Below the pieces are notes generated by a model. That model was not told the origin of the DNA, did no database searches, and worked only from the letters and a program-made list of their open reading frames with translations. A stretch of 64,000 nucleotides of DNA from an uncultured Actinomycetes bacterium (lineage in GTDB: Bacteria > Actinomycetota > Acidimicrobiia > Acidimicrobiales > RAAP-2). The stretch is from positions 1,629 to 65,628 of the forward strand of contig CAIKNP010000007.1 of the NCBI GenBank assembly GCA_903828785.1, in the 5' to 3' direction. The first letter of the stretch is position 1. The number at the start of each line of letters is the position of its first letter. The position numbers were made by a program, and so were the translations under genes. Shown in pieces: positions 1 through 8,912 of the stretch.

Positions 1-1
1 C

Positions 2-736
2 AACGCCTTTTGGGGTATCGGCTCGATTGTTGGGCCCCTTGTCGTCATTCTTCTGCGACCCAAGAATTTCCCGGTCCTCTTCCTAATGGTTGGCGTGATT
101 GCCCTAGTCTTGTCACCAATGTTTAGGGGCCTCGCTGCTCCGGCGCTCAAGAAGGAATTCCTCGCCACCGAGACCCTCGACCGTCGAGCGATTCGGCCCA
201 TCCTGGTGACCTTCATCGTCGCGTACATCCTCTACGTGGGACTCGAAACAGCGGCCTCGGGATGGATTACCTCGGACCTCCACGCGAGTGGGTTTAGCGA
301 AAGCGTCGGCGCCTTCGTCACGGCCGGCTTTTGGCTGGGTTTCACCTTGGGACGCGTCGTGGGTGGCCGCTTGCACACGCACTTTTCCGCGCAGCAGCTC
401 GTCCTCGGCGGGCTCATCGCCACGGCAATCTCGTGCCTCGCGGCGCTCAATCACACCCTGGCCCTCATCGCCTTCCCCCTGGCGGGCCTGGTACTCGCGA
501 ACGTGTACGTCTTTGGCATCATCTGGTACCAATCACTGGTAGGAACTGACAACCGGGGGGTCTCATTCATGATCGTGGCCACCATGTCGGGGGGTGCCCT
601 CGGTCCCGGTGTCGTAAGTTGGGTAGTCTCACTGAGCAGCGTGCGCAGTGTTCCCTGGTGCTTGGCGGGCCTGGCGATGCTCACCGTCATCGCCTTCGTG
701 AGCTCGAACCGCTACCGGCCCCTTACATCGCGCTAA
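2..736 (+). CDS. MFS-type transporter, C-terminal part (5-prime end outside the window)
   Basis: The frame is open from nt 2, with no stop before the listed ORF at 86. The product is a series of hydrophobic helices ([25 protein letters not shown]) typical of the second half of major-facilitator proteins. Confidence 0.55.
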   Translation, partial: NAFWGIGSIVGPLVVILLRPKNFPVLFLMVGVIALVLSPMFRGLAAPALKKEFLATETLDRRAIRPILVTFIVAYILYVGLETAASGWITSDLHASGFSESVGAFVTAGFWLGFTLGRVVGGRLHTHFSAQQLVLGGLIATAISCLAALNHTLALIAFPLAGLVLANVYVFGIIWYQSLVGTDNRGVSFMIVATMSGGALGPGVVSWVVSLSSVRSVPWCLAGLAMLTVIAFVSSNRYRPLTSR

Positions 737-1685
737 GCAACTCGTAAATAACGTGCGCGGCGGCGATGCCGGTTATTTCGGCGTGGTCGTAAGCGGGGGC
801 GACTTCCACCACGTCAGCGCCCACCAGATTCAGGTGCTTAAAGGAACGGAGTATTCCGAGCAGCTCGCGACTGGTGAGGCCGCCCGCTTCGGGAGTCCCG
901 GTGCCCGGGGCGTGGGCGGGATCGAGGACGTCGATGTCGATGGAGACGTAGACCGGGCGGTTTTCCACCCGAGCCGCAATGCGCTCAATGGCCCCGGCGA
1001 AACCGAGGTAGTCGAACTCGGTAGCCGAAAAGATATCAAAACCCAGGTCGGCGTCATCCGAGAGGTCCTTTTTCGAATACAGGGGACCGCGCACGCCTAC
1101 GTGCATGGACCCCTCGCGGTCGATGAGCCCCTCCTCGGACGCACGGCGAAAGGGGGTGCCGTGCGTGTACGCCGCTCCGAAATACGTATCCCAGGTGTCG
1201 AGGTGGGCGTCGAAGTGCACCACCGAAATGGGTCCGTGCTTGGCGGCCATAGTTCGTAGCAGGGGCAGGGCGATGGTGTGGTCGCCACCAATAGAGATAA
1301 TGCGCTTGGCTCGCTCGTGCAGGTCGCGCGACCCACGCTCAATGTCGGCGAGCGCCCCTTCGATATCGAAGGGGTTCACCCCGAGGTCGCCGGCGTCGGC
1401 GACTTGGTACTTCGCGAATGGCGAAACGTCAACGGCTGGATTGTAGGGGCGAAGGAGCCGTGATGACTGGCGAACGTGGCTGGGACCGAAACGGGCGCCC
1501 GGACGGTAGCTCACCCCCGTGTCGAAGGGGATTCCCAGTATGGCGACGTCAATATCGCTGACGTCATCTATTTCGGGCAGGCGAGCGAAGGTTGATTGAC
1601 CGGCGTAACGGGGGATTTTGGTGGCGTCGACCTGGCCGACGACACCATTTTCAACGATGCGAGGAATCTTGTTCGAAGTCACCAT
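723..1685 (-). CDS. Arginase-family ureohydrolase (agmatinase / guanidino-acid hydrolase type)
   Basis: 320 aa with the Mn-binding motifs of the family: [38 protein letters not shown]. Confidence 0.85.
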   Translation of the reverse strand: MVTSNKIPRIVENGVVGQVDATKIPRYAGQSTFARLPEIDDVSDIDVAILGIPFDTGVSYRPGARFGPSHVRQSSRLLRPYNPAVDVSPFAKYQVADAGDLGVNPFDIEGALADIERGSRDLHERAKRIISIGGDHTIALPLLRTMAAKHGPISVVHFDAHLDTWDTYFGAAYTHGTPFRRASEEGLIDREGSMHVGVRGPLYSKKDLSDDADLGFDIFSATEFDYLGFAGAIERIAARVENRPVYVSIDIDVLDPAHAPGTGTPEAGGLTSRELLGILRSFKHLNLVGADVVEVAPAYDHAEITGIAAAHVIYELLSAM

Positions 1686-1709
1686 GCTCCTTTGCGAGGT
1701 CTCTCGACT

Positions 1710-2102
1710 CTAGATGAAGGTGGGGTCGGGGCTGAGGTGTTCGTGTACCCCGAACCAGCGGCCATCCACACGCTGGAACACAATGCTCTCTCGTTCGCCC
1801 AACACTATTGACGATTCCCCGTCTTTCAATGTGGTGCGCACCGCGTGGGTGAACACCGCCAGGTCGTCGCGCAGCATTGTGACGGCACCGTCGGTACTCA
1901 CACATCCCAAGACCCGGAAGTCGCCCGCTTCCCACTCACGCCAGACCGCTTCGTAGTCGGCGCGGCTGGTGAGAGGGCGTTCAAAATTGTAGAAGAGAAA
2001 GGTCGCCGACGGCGCGAAGCATGCGAAGTAGCCCTCGCGGTCATGACTCCCGAAAGCGGCCACCAAGGCCGCCGCGGCGGCCGACACCTCGGACTGGCTC
2101 AT
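1710..2102 (-). CDS. SnoaL-like / DUF4440-like small protein (NTF2 fold)
   Basis: The start is taken at the internal ATG (MSQSEVS...), which forms an ATGA overlap with the stop of the upstream permease at 2099-2102. Size, composition and the C-terminal W..H pattern fit NTF2-like proteins. The longer listed ORF would overlap the permease by 130 nt. Confidence 0.55.
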   Translation of the reverse strand: MSQSEVSAAAAALVAAFGSHDREGYFACFAPSATFLFYNFERPLTSRADYEAVWREWEAGDFRVLGCVSTDGAVTMLRDDLAVFTHAVRTTLKDGESSIVLGERESIVFQRVDGRWFGVHEHLSPDPTFI

Positions 2103-3532
2103 CGAACTTCTTGGCCCTGGGCCAGCGCCGCTTCCGAGGCCACAACGGCCGCGTCCTCGGCCGTTCGGTCCATCCCCCGGGTAGCGAGGAAGTAGAGAAT
2201 CCCCGACAGGAACATACCGATCATCCACGAGATGTCAACGTAATTGAGCTTGACGAAACCCCAACTGTTGTAATAGCCGTAAATGGAGCAGAAGGGCACT
2301 TCGATAGCGACGCCGATGAGGTAGATGATGCAACCACGCGCACCCCAGCGCCCGTAGATGCCATCCTTCGTGAAGAAGTCGGTAATCGCGAACTTGCCGT
2401 GACGAACGAAGTAGAAGTCGACCAGGTTAATCGCGGTCCACGGCGCGAGGAGGTACAGCATGATGGTCAAGGAGTCGTTCAGGGCGGACGACGACACGTT
2501 GAACAAAATACCGAAGAAGCCAGCGACCACGCCCAAGATAAGAATGACGGTGACGCGCACTTTCGGGCCAGTGGGCACTGGGCGCCACGAGTCAAGCGCG
2601 GTCACCACCGAAAGCATGCCCGAATACGCGTTCATGCCCATGGTGGCAACGAGGGCGCCGGTGGAGAGGACAACCAAAATTGTCCCGCAGTGGGCAAACA
2701 CGTGGTTTCCCGCTTCGCTGAGCGCTTGGAGCGGGCTCGACACGCCCAGGTAGATGGCCAGCCAAGCACCCATCGGAATCAACCACATCGGGGACAAGGC
2801 ACCACCGAAGAACACGGAAGTGATCAAACGACGCGCGTCCGTACTCTTGGGCAGGTAACGCGAGTAGTCCGATACGTAGGGGGCGTAGGTGATGTTGTAC
2901 GAGGCACTCACCGCGAACATGCCAAAGAAGCCAGCGGTGGAGTAGCCCAGCGGCGTCGATGATGCCGCCACGTGCACGTGGTAGCTGAAGAGTCCAATGG
3001 TGGTGATGATCCAGAAGGGGAACGAGGCCCAGAAGAGAGCGATGAAGACCCGGTGGATCCAGTCGTGACCGAAGACGGCGATGATGACCGTAATGACCAT
3101 CAGGCCAATCGCGAAGGTCGTGGTGTTCCAACCCCACAGCGCCTGCACGCCGAGTTTCAAAATAACCGTGTCGACAATATTGAAGCCGACGAAGGTGAAG
3201 GTGGAAGCCAGGAGAACAATCATGACGCCCTGGTAGCCGAACTGGGCGCGCGACTGCACCATCTGGGGCAGACCCAGCCGAGGTCCCTGCGCCGCGTGCG
3301 CCGCCATGAAGAGCGTCCCGAAGAGCACGCCCAACACGGCCGCTATAGCGGACCACTTGATGTCGAGACCGTAGACCGGTCCGAGGAATCCGATCGCCAC
3401 GGTGAAGGGTTGGAAATTGCCGAGGAACCAGAAGGGTCCCTGACGCCACACCTTGCCGTGTCGCTCGCTTTCGGGCACGTAGTCAATATGCCGACTCTCT
3501 ATGGCCGTGAGACTCCCCGATGTGTTTTCCAT
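2099..3532 (-). CDS. NCS1-family permease (purine-cytosine / hydantoin / allantoin type)
   Basis: 477 aa with 12 predicted helices. The N-terminus IESRHIDYVPESERHGKVWRQGPFWFLGNF is characteristic of the cytosine/purine permease branch. A strong SD (AAGGGGGGAAG) precedes the ATG. Confidence 0.8.
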   Translation of the reverse strand: MENTSGSLTAIESRHIDYVPESERHGKVWRQGPFWFLGNFQPFTVAIGFLGPVYGLDIKWSAIAAVLGVLFGTLFMAAHAAQGPRLGLPQMVQSRAQFGYQGVMIVLLASTFTFVGFNIVDTVILKLGVQALWGWNTTTFAIGLMVITVIIAVFGHDWIHRVFIALFWASFPFWIITTIGLFSYHVHVAASSTPLGYSTAGFFGMFAVSASYNITYAPYVSDYSRYLPKSTDARRLITSVFFGGALSPMWLIPMGAWLAIYLGVSSPLQALSEAGNHVFAHCGTILVVLSTGALVATMGMNAYSGMLSVVTALDSWRPVPTGPKVRVTVILILGVVAGFFGILFNVSSSALNDSLTIMLYLLAPWTAINLVDFYFVRHGKFAITDFFTKDGIYGRWGARGCIIYLIGVAIEVPFCSIYGYYNSWGFVKLNYVDISWMIGMFLSGILYFLATRGMDRTAEDAAVVASEAALAQGQEVR

Positions 3533-3598
3533 ACTTCCCCCCTTAATGAACTACTGCGCAGGTTACTGCGTGACTGAGGCCAAACTATTGATAGGGGG

Positions 3599-4858
3599 CT
3601 AGGCGTGCCGGGCCGTGGCCCGCAAGGGCGAGTGCCATTCGCGCTTTGCGAAGATTAATTGCACGTCAGAGATGTGCCTTTCGAGGAAGGCCGCTTCGGA
3701 GTACTGCAAGTACATACGCCACATGCGCTCAAAGCTGGGACTGAGTCCGAAACGTTCGTAGGCGTCTGGGTACTGGTCCAGGTTGGCGCGCCAGCGGCGC
3801 AGGGTTTCGGCGTAGTGGCGACCAATGTCCTCCACGTCAATGAGGCGCAAATCTGACACCGAGGACGAAGACGTCACAATGGCGCCGAGACTGGGAAGAA
3901 AACCACCAGGGAAAATCAGATCTTTGATGAAGTCCTGGGAGTTTTTCGTTCGCTCGTAGGAGAAGTCTTCAATCACGATGGCCTGAATGGCGACCAGGCC
4001 GTCGGCCTTGACGAGGGAGGCGCATTTCGCGAAGTAGGTGTCGAGTTGGCGCCACCCAATAGCTTCCACCATCTCCACCGAGACCAATTTGTCAAAGGTG
4101 CCTTGAATGTCACGATAATCCTGATTTCGTATCGATACCAGCTCATCAAGCCCTCGCTCCTCAACCAGGGCACTGGCGTAGGCGAACTGGGCGTCGGAAA
4201 TAGTGACGGAGGTCACACGGCAGCCGTAGGTGCTGGCCGCGTAGACCGCCAGGCCTCCCCAACCAGTGCCAATTTCGAGGAGATGGTCAGCGGGTCCTAG
4301 GTCGAGTTTGCGACAGAGCATGTCGAGTTTGGCGATGGAAGCTTCTTCGAGGCTGACCTCTGGCTGGTTGAAAAAGGCGCAGGAATAACTCATGGTCGGA
4401 TCAAGCATCAGGGCGTAGAAGGCGTTACCCAGGTCGTAGTGGGCGGTGATGTTGGCCTTGTCCCGCGCTCGATTCACTCGCTGAAATCTTCGAGTGAGCG
4501 CCGTGAGTGGCGCGCTGCGCCGAGCCAAAATATCGAGGTGGTGCAGGACGGGGTCCATGTTTCGAATGACGAACTGGGTAAAAGCGGTGAGATCCGCGAC
4601 GTCCCACCAGCCTTCGGTGTAACTTTCGCCGTACCCGACCGAACCGTGACGTACCAGGGCGGAGTAGGCCCGCGTGTCACTCACCGTAACTTCAAAGTGC
4701 GGGAGCCCCTTGCCGAAGTGGTGACGCCCCTCGTGGTCCACCAGCGTGAGCGATCCGTAGGTCAGTCGGCGTAGGAGCCAACGCAAGACGGCCTCGGCCC
4801 AACGCGATCGACGCAGACGAGATACGGAGGTGGTGTGGGGGGCAATCATCTCGGTCAT
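3599..4858 (-). CDS. Cyclopropane-fatty-acyl-phospholipid-synthase-like SAM methyltransferase
   Basis: 419 aa with the SAM motif LLEIGTGWGGLAVYAA and family motifs HYDLGNAFY and FPGGFLPS. Confidence 0.85.
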   Translation of the reverse strand: MTEMIAPHTTSVSRLRRSRWAEAVLRWLLRRLTYGSLTLVDHEGRHHFGKGLPHFEVTVSDTRAYSALVRHGSVGYGESYTEGWWDVADLTAFTQFVIRNMDPVLHHLDILARRSAPLTALTRRFQRVNRARDKANITAHYDLGNAFYALMLDPTMSYSCAFFNQPEVSLEEASIAKLDMLCRKLDLGPADHLLEIGTGWGGLAVYAASTYGCRVTSVTISDAQFAYASALVEERGLDELVSIRNQDYRDIQGTFDKLVSVEMVEAIGWRQLDTYFAKCASLVKADGLVAIQAIVIEDFSYERTKNSQDFIKDLIFPGGFLPSLGAIVTSSSSVSDLRLIDVEDIGRHYAETLRRWRANLDQYPDAYERFGLSPSFERMWRMYLQYSEAAFLERHISDVQLIFAKREWHSPLRATARHA

Positions 4859-4861
4859 GGC

Positions 4862-5617
4862 TTACTCGGCTGGCGTTTTAGCAGGGTGGGTGAAGAAGGG
4901 GGCCTTTTTTCGCCACAGTTTGAGTGCTTCTCGGTAAATCCCGCACGTCACGCCATAGGTCATTAGAGGTTGTCGCCAGACTAATTTGCCCATCGAGGTA
5001 CTGTCCAACGCCACGCGGTCAAGGGAGAGCCCCGCGTCAAAAATTCGCTCCTCGCCACGGCGATTCCCGAGGTGCAGTGACAAGTGTTCACCCGGCGTCG
5101 TCGAGGAGAAAACGTATTCGTGGTCCATGCCCAGAAAGGGTGAAACGTGGAGTTCTTTCATAAAGCGCTGCTTGGACTCTCGGCCATTCAAGACGTAGCG
5201 ATGCCGTTCCAGCCAGGGGGTGGAGCGCACTTCGAGGACCACGTGGTCGACGTCTTCTTCATTTTCCGCGTAAACGTAGAAGGTCGTCAAGGGATTGAAG
5301 AGGAAGCCCCAGGTTCGCAGATGCCCCAGCATGGCTACTCGCCCCCGCGGACGGACCCCGGTAGCGAGTTGCACCTCGTCACGAATCGAGTTCTCCAAGG
5401 AGCGGCCCTGGTCACCACCGAAGTCACTGCGTCGAAACCAGACGGCGTTGACCCCCGCCATCGACCAGCGGGGATGTTGCGCCACTACCTCGGACAGCTC
5501 ATCGAGAAAGAGCAGCGGCATGGTCGTGCGGTATCGAAACTCGTGAGCCACGTCACCGGTGGCCTCGGTGGCGAAACGCTTATGCGTTACCCACCCTTGG
5601 TAGAGCGCGCTCTTCAC
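4862..5617 (-). CDS. DUF1365-family protein
   Basis: 251 aa. The N-terminus ALYQGWVTHKRF is the hallmark start of DUF1365. It sits between the FAD oxidoreductase and the CFA-synthase-like gene, as in many bacteria. Confidence 0.75.
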   Translation of the reverse strand: MKSALYQGWVTHKRFATEATGDVAHEFRYRTTMPLLFLDELSEVVAQHPRWSMAGVNAVWFRRSDFGGDQGRSLENSIRDEVQLATGVRPRGRVAMLGHLRTWGFLFNPLTTFYVYAENEEDVDHVVLEVRSTPWLERHRYVLNGRESKQRFMKELHVSPFLGMDHEYVFSSTTPGEHLSLHLGNRRGEERIFDAGLSLDRVALDSTSMGKLVWRQPLMTYGVTCGIYREALKLWRKKAPFFTHPAKTPAE

Positions 5618-6870
5618 TCGTTAACCATGGCCGCCGCGGCCTCGAGGGCCGTGACCACGACGTGAGCGCTTCGAGCCCCGTCTTCGTGGAAACCGTAGCC
5701 CCAGTAGGCCCCGGCGAAGGACACGCGGTCGACGCCCGATATTTCACCGTGTCGCGTCTGGGCAATCATGGCCGCCGAGTCGAAGACGGGGTGGCGATAG
5801 TGCACAAGGGCTCGAACCGCTTCTGGGGCGATCAGCGCCTCGTCGTTCAAGGTCACGTAGAAGGTTTCTGGCGCGGCGAAGCCCTGCAAGCGCGACACGT
5901 CGTAGGTCAAGGTGGGCACGGTGGCCCCGGGCGAACAACGGTAATTCCAGCTCGCCCGGGCTCGGGCGCGGCGGGGCATCACTCGTTCGTCCACGTGCAA
6001 GGTGGCCACGTTGTCGGCGTAACGAATTGCACCCAGTATCTCCACTTCGGCGGAAGTGGGATTCGCCAGCACAGCGAGCGCCTCGTCAGAGTGCGTGGCC
6101 AAAATCACGTGGTCGTAGAGCTCGATGGCTCCGTTTACCTCGAGTTCAACTCCCTGATTCGTCCGTGAAACGCGGCGAACCGGTGCATTGAGGCGGACGC
6201 GATCACCGAGTCGAGCAGCGATGGCGTCGACGTAGCGCACCGAGCCGCCCACCACGGTTCGCCACTTTGGTCGGTCCCTCAGCGAGAGCAATCCATGATT
6301 ATTGAGAAAGCGAAAGAGCATCTCGGCCGGGAAATCGGCGAAGGTAGTGGGGTCCGCACTCCAAATGGCCGCTCCCATTGGTATCAAGTAGTGCTCGACG
6401 AAGGCTCGGGGGTACGCCCCATCGCGCAGAAAGTCCGCGAGTGAATAGGTCAAGTCATCTTCTGATTCAAGGAGTCGCTTCGCCGCCTTATTGAAGCGTG
6501 GAATTGCTCCCAGCATGCGCCAAAAGGCGGGTCGAATGAGATTGCGGCGTTGCGCAAAGATTGTTGACAGGGCCGACGAACACCACTCGAGGTTGGCGTG
6601 GTCGTCGCTCACCGAAAAACTCATGTCGCTCGGGCGAGACGGCACCTGCAACTCGTCGAACAATTTTGTCAGCATCGGGTAGCAGGCGTGGTTGAAGACC
6701 ATGAAACCCGTGTCAATCGGGTACAGCGAGCCTCCGCTGCTTACTTGGTGCGTGTGCGCGTGGCCACCGAGGCGGTCGTCGGCTTCAAACAGCGTCACGT
6801 CGAAACGTGGGTGCAGGAGGTGGGCACTAACGAGTCCGGCAACCCCGCTGCCTACGACGGCGATACGCAC
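5614..6870 (-). CDS. FAD-dependent oxidoreductase (amine-oxidase / desaturase-like)
   Basis: 418 aa with the N-terminal dinucleotide fold MRIAVVGSGVAGL...FEADDRLGGH. It has a 4-nt overlap with the downstream DUF1365 gene. Confidence 0.85.
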   Translation of the reverse strand: MRIAVVGSGVAGLVSAHLLHPRFDVTLFEADDRLGGHAHTHQVSSGGSLYPIDTGFMVFNHACYPMLTKLFDELQVPSRPSDMSFSVSDDHANLEWCSSALSTIFAQRRNLIRPAFWRMLGAIPRFNKAAKRLLESEDDLTYSLADFLRDGAYPRAFVEHYLIPMGAAIWSADPTTFADFPAEMLFRFLNNHGLLSLRDRPKWRTVVGGSVRYVDAIAARLGDRVRLNAPVRRVSRTNQGVELEVNGAIELYDHVILATHSDEALAVLANPTSAEVEILGAIRYADNVATLHVDERVMPRRARARASWNYRCSPGATVPTLTYDVSRLQGFAAPETFYVTLNDEALIAPEAVRALVHYRHPVFDSAAMIAQTRHGEISGVDRVSFAGAYWGYGFHEDGARSAHVVVTALEAAAAMVNE

Positions 6871-6958
6871 TTGAGCTCCTCATTGACCATTTGACGCAAC
6901 GGACTTGTCCGCCAATTCAACTTTACCGTTAGCGTAGAAAGGTCGGTCAGGAGGACCC

Positions 6959-7390
6959 ATGCCCCGTTATCACACCACCGTTCACTCCTCACTCAGTGCC
7001 GAGGCGGCTTTTCTTTACATGGCCGATTTCTCGAACGCCGCAGTTTGGGACCCCGGCATCACTAGCGCGGAGCGAGTCGGCACGGGACCAGTGACCTTGG
7101 GATCGCGCTTCATACTCCAGGCCACCTTCGGCAAGAGCACCATGCCCCTCGAATACGTTCTCGCCGCCTACGAACCACACCAGCGACTACTGCTGTGCGC
7201 CGAGACGGAGAAGGTTAAGTCCATCGACGAAATCATCATTTCGCCGACCACCACGGGTTGCGACGCGACCTACCGTGCCGAGCTGATTACCTTGGGTTCG
7301 TTTCGCTGGGCGACTCCCATCGTCGCCCTACTTTTCAAGAAAATTGGTGACAAGGCCCGCGACGGGCTACGACGCGAACTGAACCCGTGA
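6959..7390 (+). CDS. SRPBCC (START / polyketide-cyclase-like) family protein
   Basis: 143 aa. The pattern AEAAFLYMADFSNAAVWDPG is typical of SRPBCC ligand-binding proteins. An SD (AGGAGGA) lies upstream. Confidence 0.7.
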   Translation: MPRYHTTVHSSLSAEAAFLYMADFSNAAVWDPGITSAERVGTGPVTLGSRFILQATFGKSTMPLEYVLAAYEPHQRLLLCAETEKVKSIDEIIISPTTTGCDATYRAELITLGSFRWATPIVALLFKKIGDKARDGLRRELNP

Positions 7391-8355
7391 GCAATCGAGC
7401 CCTGGTTCGGGCCGCTGACGCCACCCTCGAGGGCAGTGTGATCTTGAGTTTTCTAGGGCTGGGATACCGCATTCGCCAACGCCTGGGCCACTGGAGTTCC
7501 CCCGCGCCACTGAGCCAGCGTTGGGTCGTGATAACTGGAGCGACGTCGGGTCTTGGTCTCTTCACTGCGCGGGCCGCCGCGGAGCTCGGCGCCAGCCTCG
7601 TTTTGGTTGGACGCGACCAAGATCGCCTGCACCGTACCCGAGACGAAATGAGGGCCAGCTGCCCCTCGGTGCGTATTGAAGGCCTCGTCGCCGATATGGC
7701 TTCGCTCGCCGACGTTCGGCGACTGGCTGGGGAACTTACGGCCATCACCCCCGTCATCGATGTTCTCGTGCACAACGCGGGGGCCATCAGCGATCAGTGG
7801 ACGGCGTCACCCGAAGGTATCGAAACGACCGTCGCGGCTCAGGTCCTCGGACCCTTTCTTCTCACCCAACTCCTTGTCCCCGCCCTGGAGCAATCCCAGC
7901 CCGGGCGCGTTCTCACGGTGACGTCTGGCGGTATGTACACCTGGAAATTTGTCCTTGACGATTTGCTGATGCGGCCCAACGGCTACGACGGCGTTAAGGC
8001 CTACGCCCGAGCCAAGCGCGCCCAGGTGTTGCTCGCGCACGAGTGGGCGCGGCGAACCCGAAGCAGTGACATTCTCTTCGCCACCGTCCACCCTGGGTGG
8101 ACCGACACGCCCGGACTCGCCCACGCCTTGCCCGCCTTTTACCGCTTCCTACGACCTTGGCTGCGCACGCCCGCCGAAGGGGCCGACACCCTGCTTTGGC
8201 TGATGGGCAGCGACCAACTGGAGACTGGCAACGGACGCCTTTTCTTTGATCGGCGCGTGCGCGGCGAGCACAAGATTCCCGTTACGCGTTCGGGCGATCA
8301 GCTACTCGACCAAAATCAATTGTGGGAATGGTGCGTCAATCAGACCTCACTGTGA
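7387..8355 (+). CDS. Short-chain dehydrogenase/reductase (SDR)
   Basis: It has VVITGATSGLGL (TGxxxGxG) and YARAK (YxxxK), and a GTGA overlap with the SRPBCC gene. Confidence 0.85.
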   Translation: MSNRALVRAADATLEGSVILSFLGLGYRIRQRLGHWSSPAPLSQRWVVITGATSGLGLFTARAAAELGASLVLVGRDQDRLHRTRDEMRASCPSVRIEGLVADMASLADVRRLAGELTAITPVIDVLVHNAGAISDQWTASPEGIETTVAAQVLGPFLLTQLLVPALEQSQPGRVLTVTSGGMYTWKFVLDDLLMRPNGYDGVKAYARAKRAQVLLAHEWARRTRSSDILFATVHPGWTDTPGLAHALPAFYRFLRPWLRTPAEGADTLLWLMGSDQLETGNGRLFFDRRVRGEHKIPVTRSGDQLLDQNQLWEWCVNQTSL

Positions 8356-8368
8356 GAGAGTGAGAATT

Positions 8369-8869
8369 GTGAGTCCTGAAAAGTACACCTCAGTGTGGGC
8401 CAATCACCCCGCCGTGCGAACGGGTAGCGACCTGACGCGTGGCGAACGGGCGGCCGACCGCATGCGCAACGCTATGGGGAGTTGGCCCTTCGTCTTCGGG
8501 TTTTTTGCGGTGATGATTCTTTGGGCCCTGACCAATACCGTCTTTTTAGAACACGTGCTGCACCACCGAGCCTTCGACCCCTACCCCTACATCTTGCTAA
8601 ACCTGTTCTTGTCAATGATGGCTGGCGTGCAAGCCGCTGCACTTCTCATCGCCGCCAAACGTTCCGACGCAATTAGCTCGGAAGTTGCGCTTCACACTTC
8701 GCAAAACACTGATGAAATAAAGACGCTCATCATTGAGAACACCGAGCTCACGGCGCAAGTCAAACGGACAACGGACTTGCTCGACGAAGTGCACGCCCAC
8801 GTCACGGCCATTGGCGAGAAGCTCGGCATTGAGGCGGGGACGTTCCGACCACCGCCAACGAGCTCCTAG
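8369..8869 (+). CDS. DUF1003-family membrane protein
   Basis: The start is taken at the GTG just after the SDR stop. GERAADRMRNAMGSWPFVFGFF, two TM helices and a C-terminal coiled segment match DUF1003 architecture. Confidence 0.65.
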   Translation: MSPEKYTSVWANHPAVRTGSDLTRGERAADRMRNAMGSWPFVFGFFAVMILWALTNTVFLEHVLHHRAFDPYPYILLNLFLSMMAGVQAAALLIAAKRSDAISSEVALHTSQNTDEIKTLIIENTELTAQVKRTTDLLDEVHAHVTAIGEKLGIEAGTFRPPPTSS

Positions 8870-8912
8870 GCCCTTATTTAGGACAAGAAAAGGTGATTTT
8901 TCGCCTTTTCTT

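Noticed and set aside
2021-3577. Plus-strand ORFs of 313 aa and 201 aa.
   Set aside because: They are antisense to the NCS1 permease. Their products are charged and low in complexity (R/G/H/E-rich), unlike real proteins.
3533-3598. Possible guanidine-II (mini-ykkC) element upstream of the NCS1 permease, given the ureohydrolase context.
   Set aside because: There is only one small hairpin (CGCAG-taac-CTGCG) and its loop is not the ACGR tetraloop. The element needs two such hairpins.
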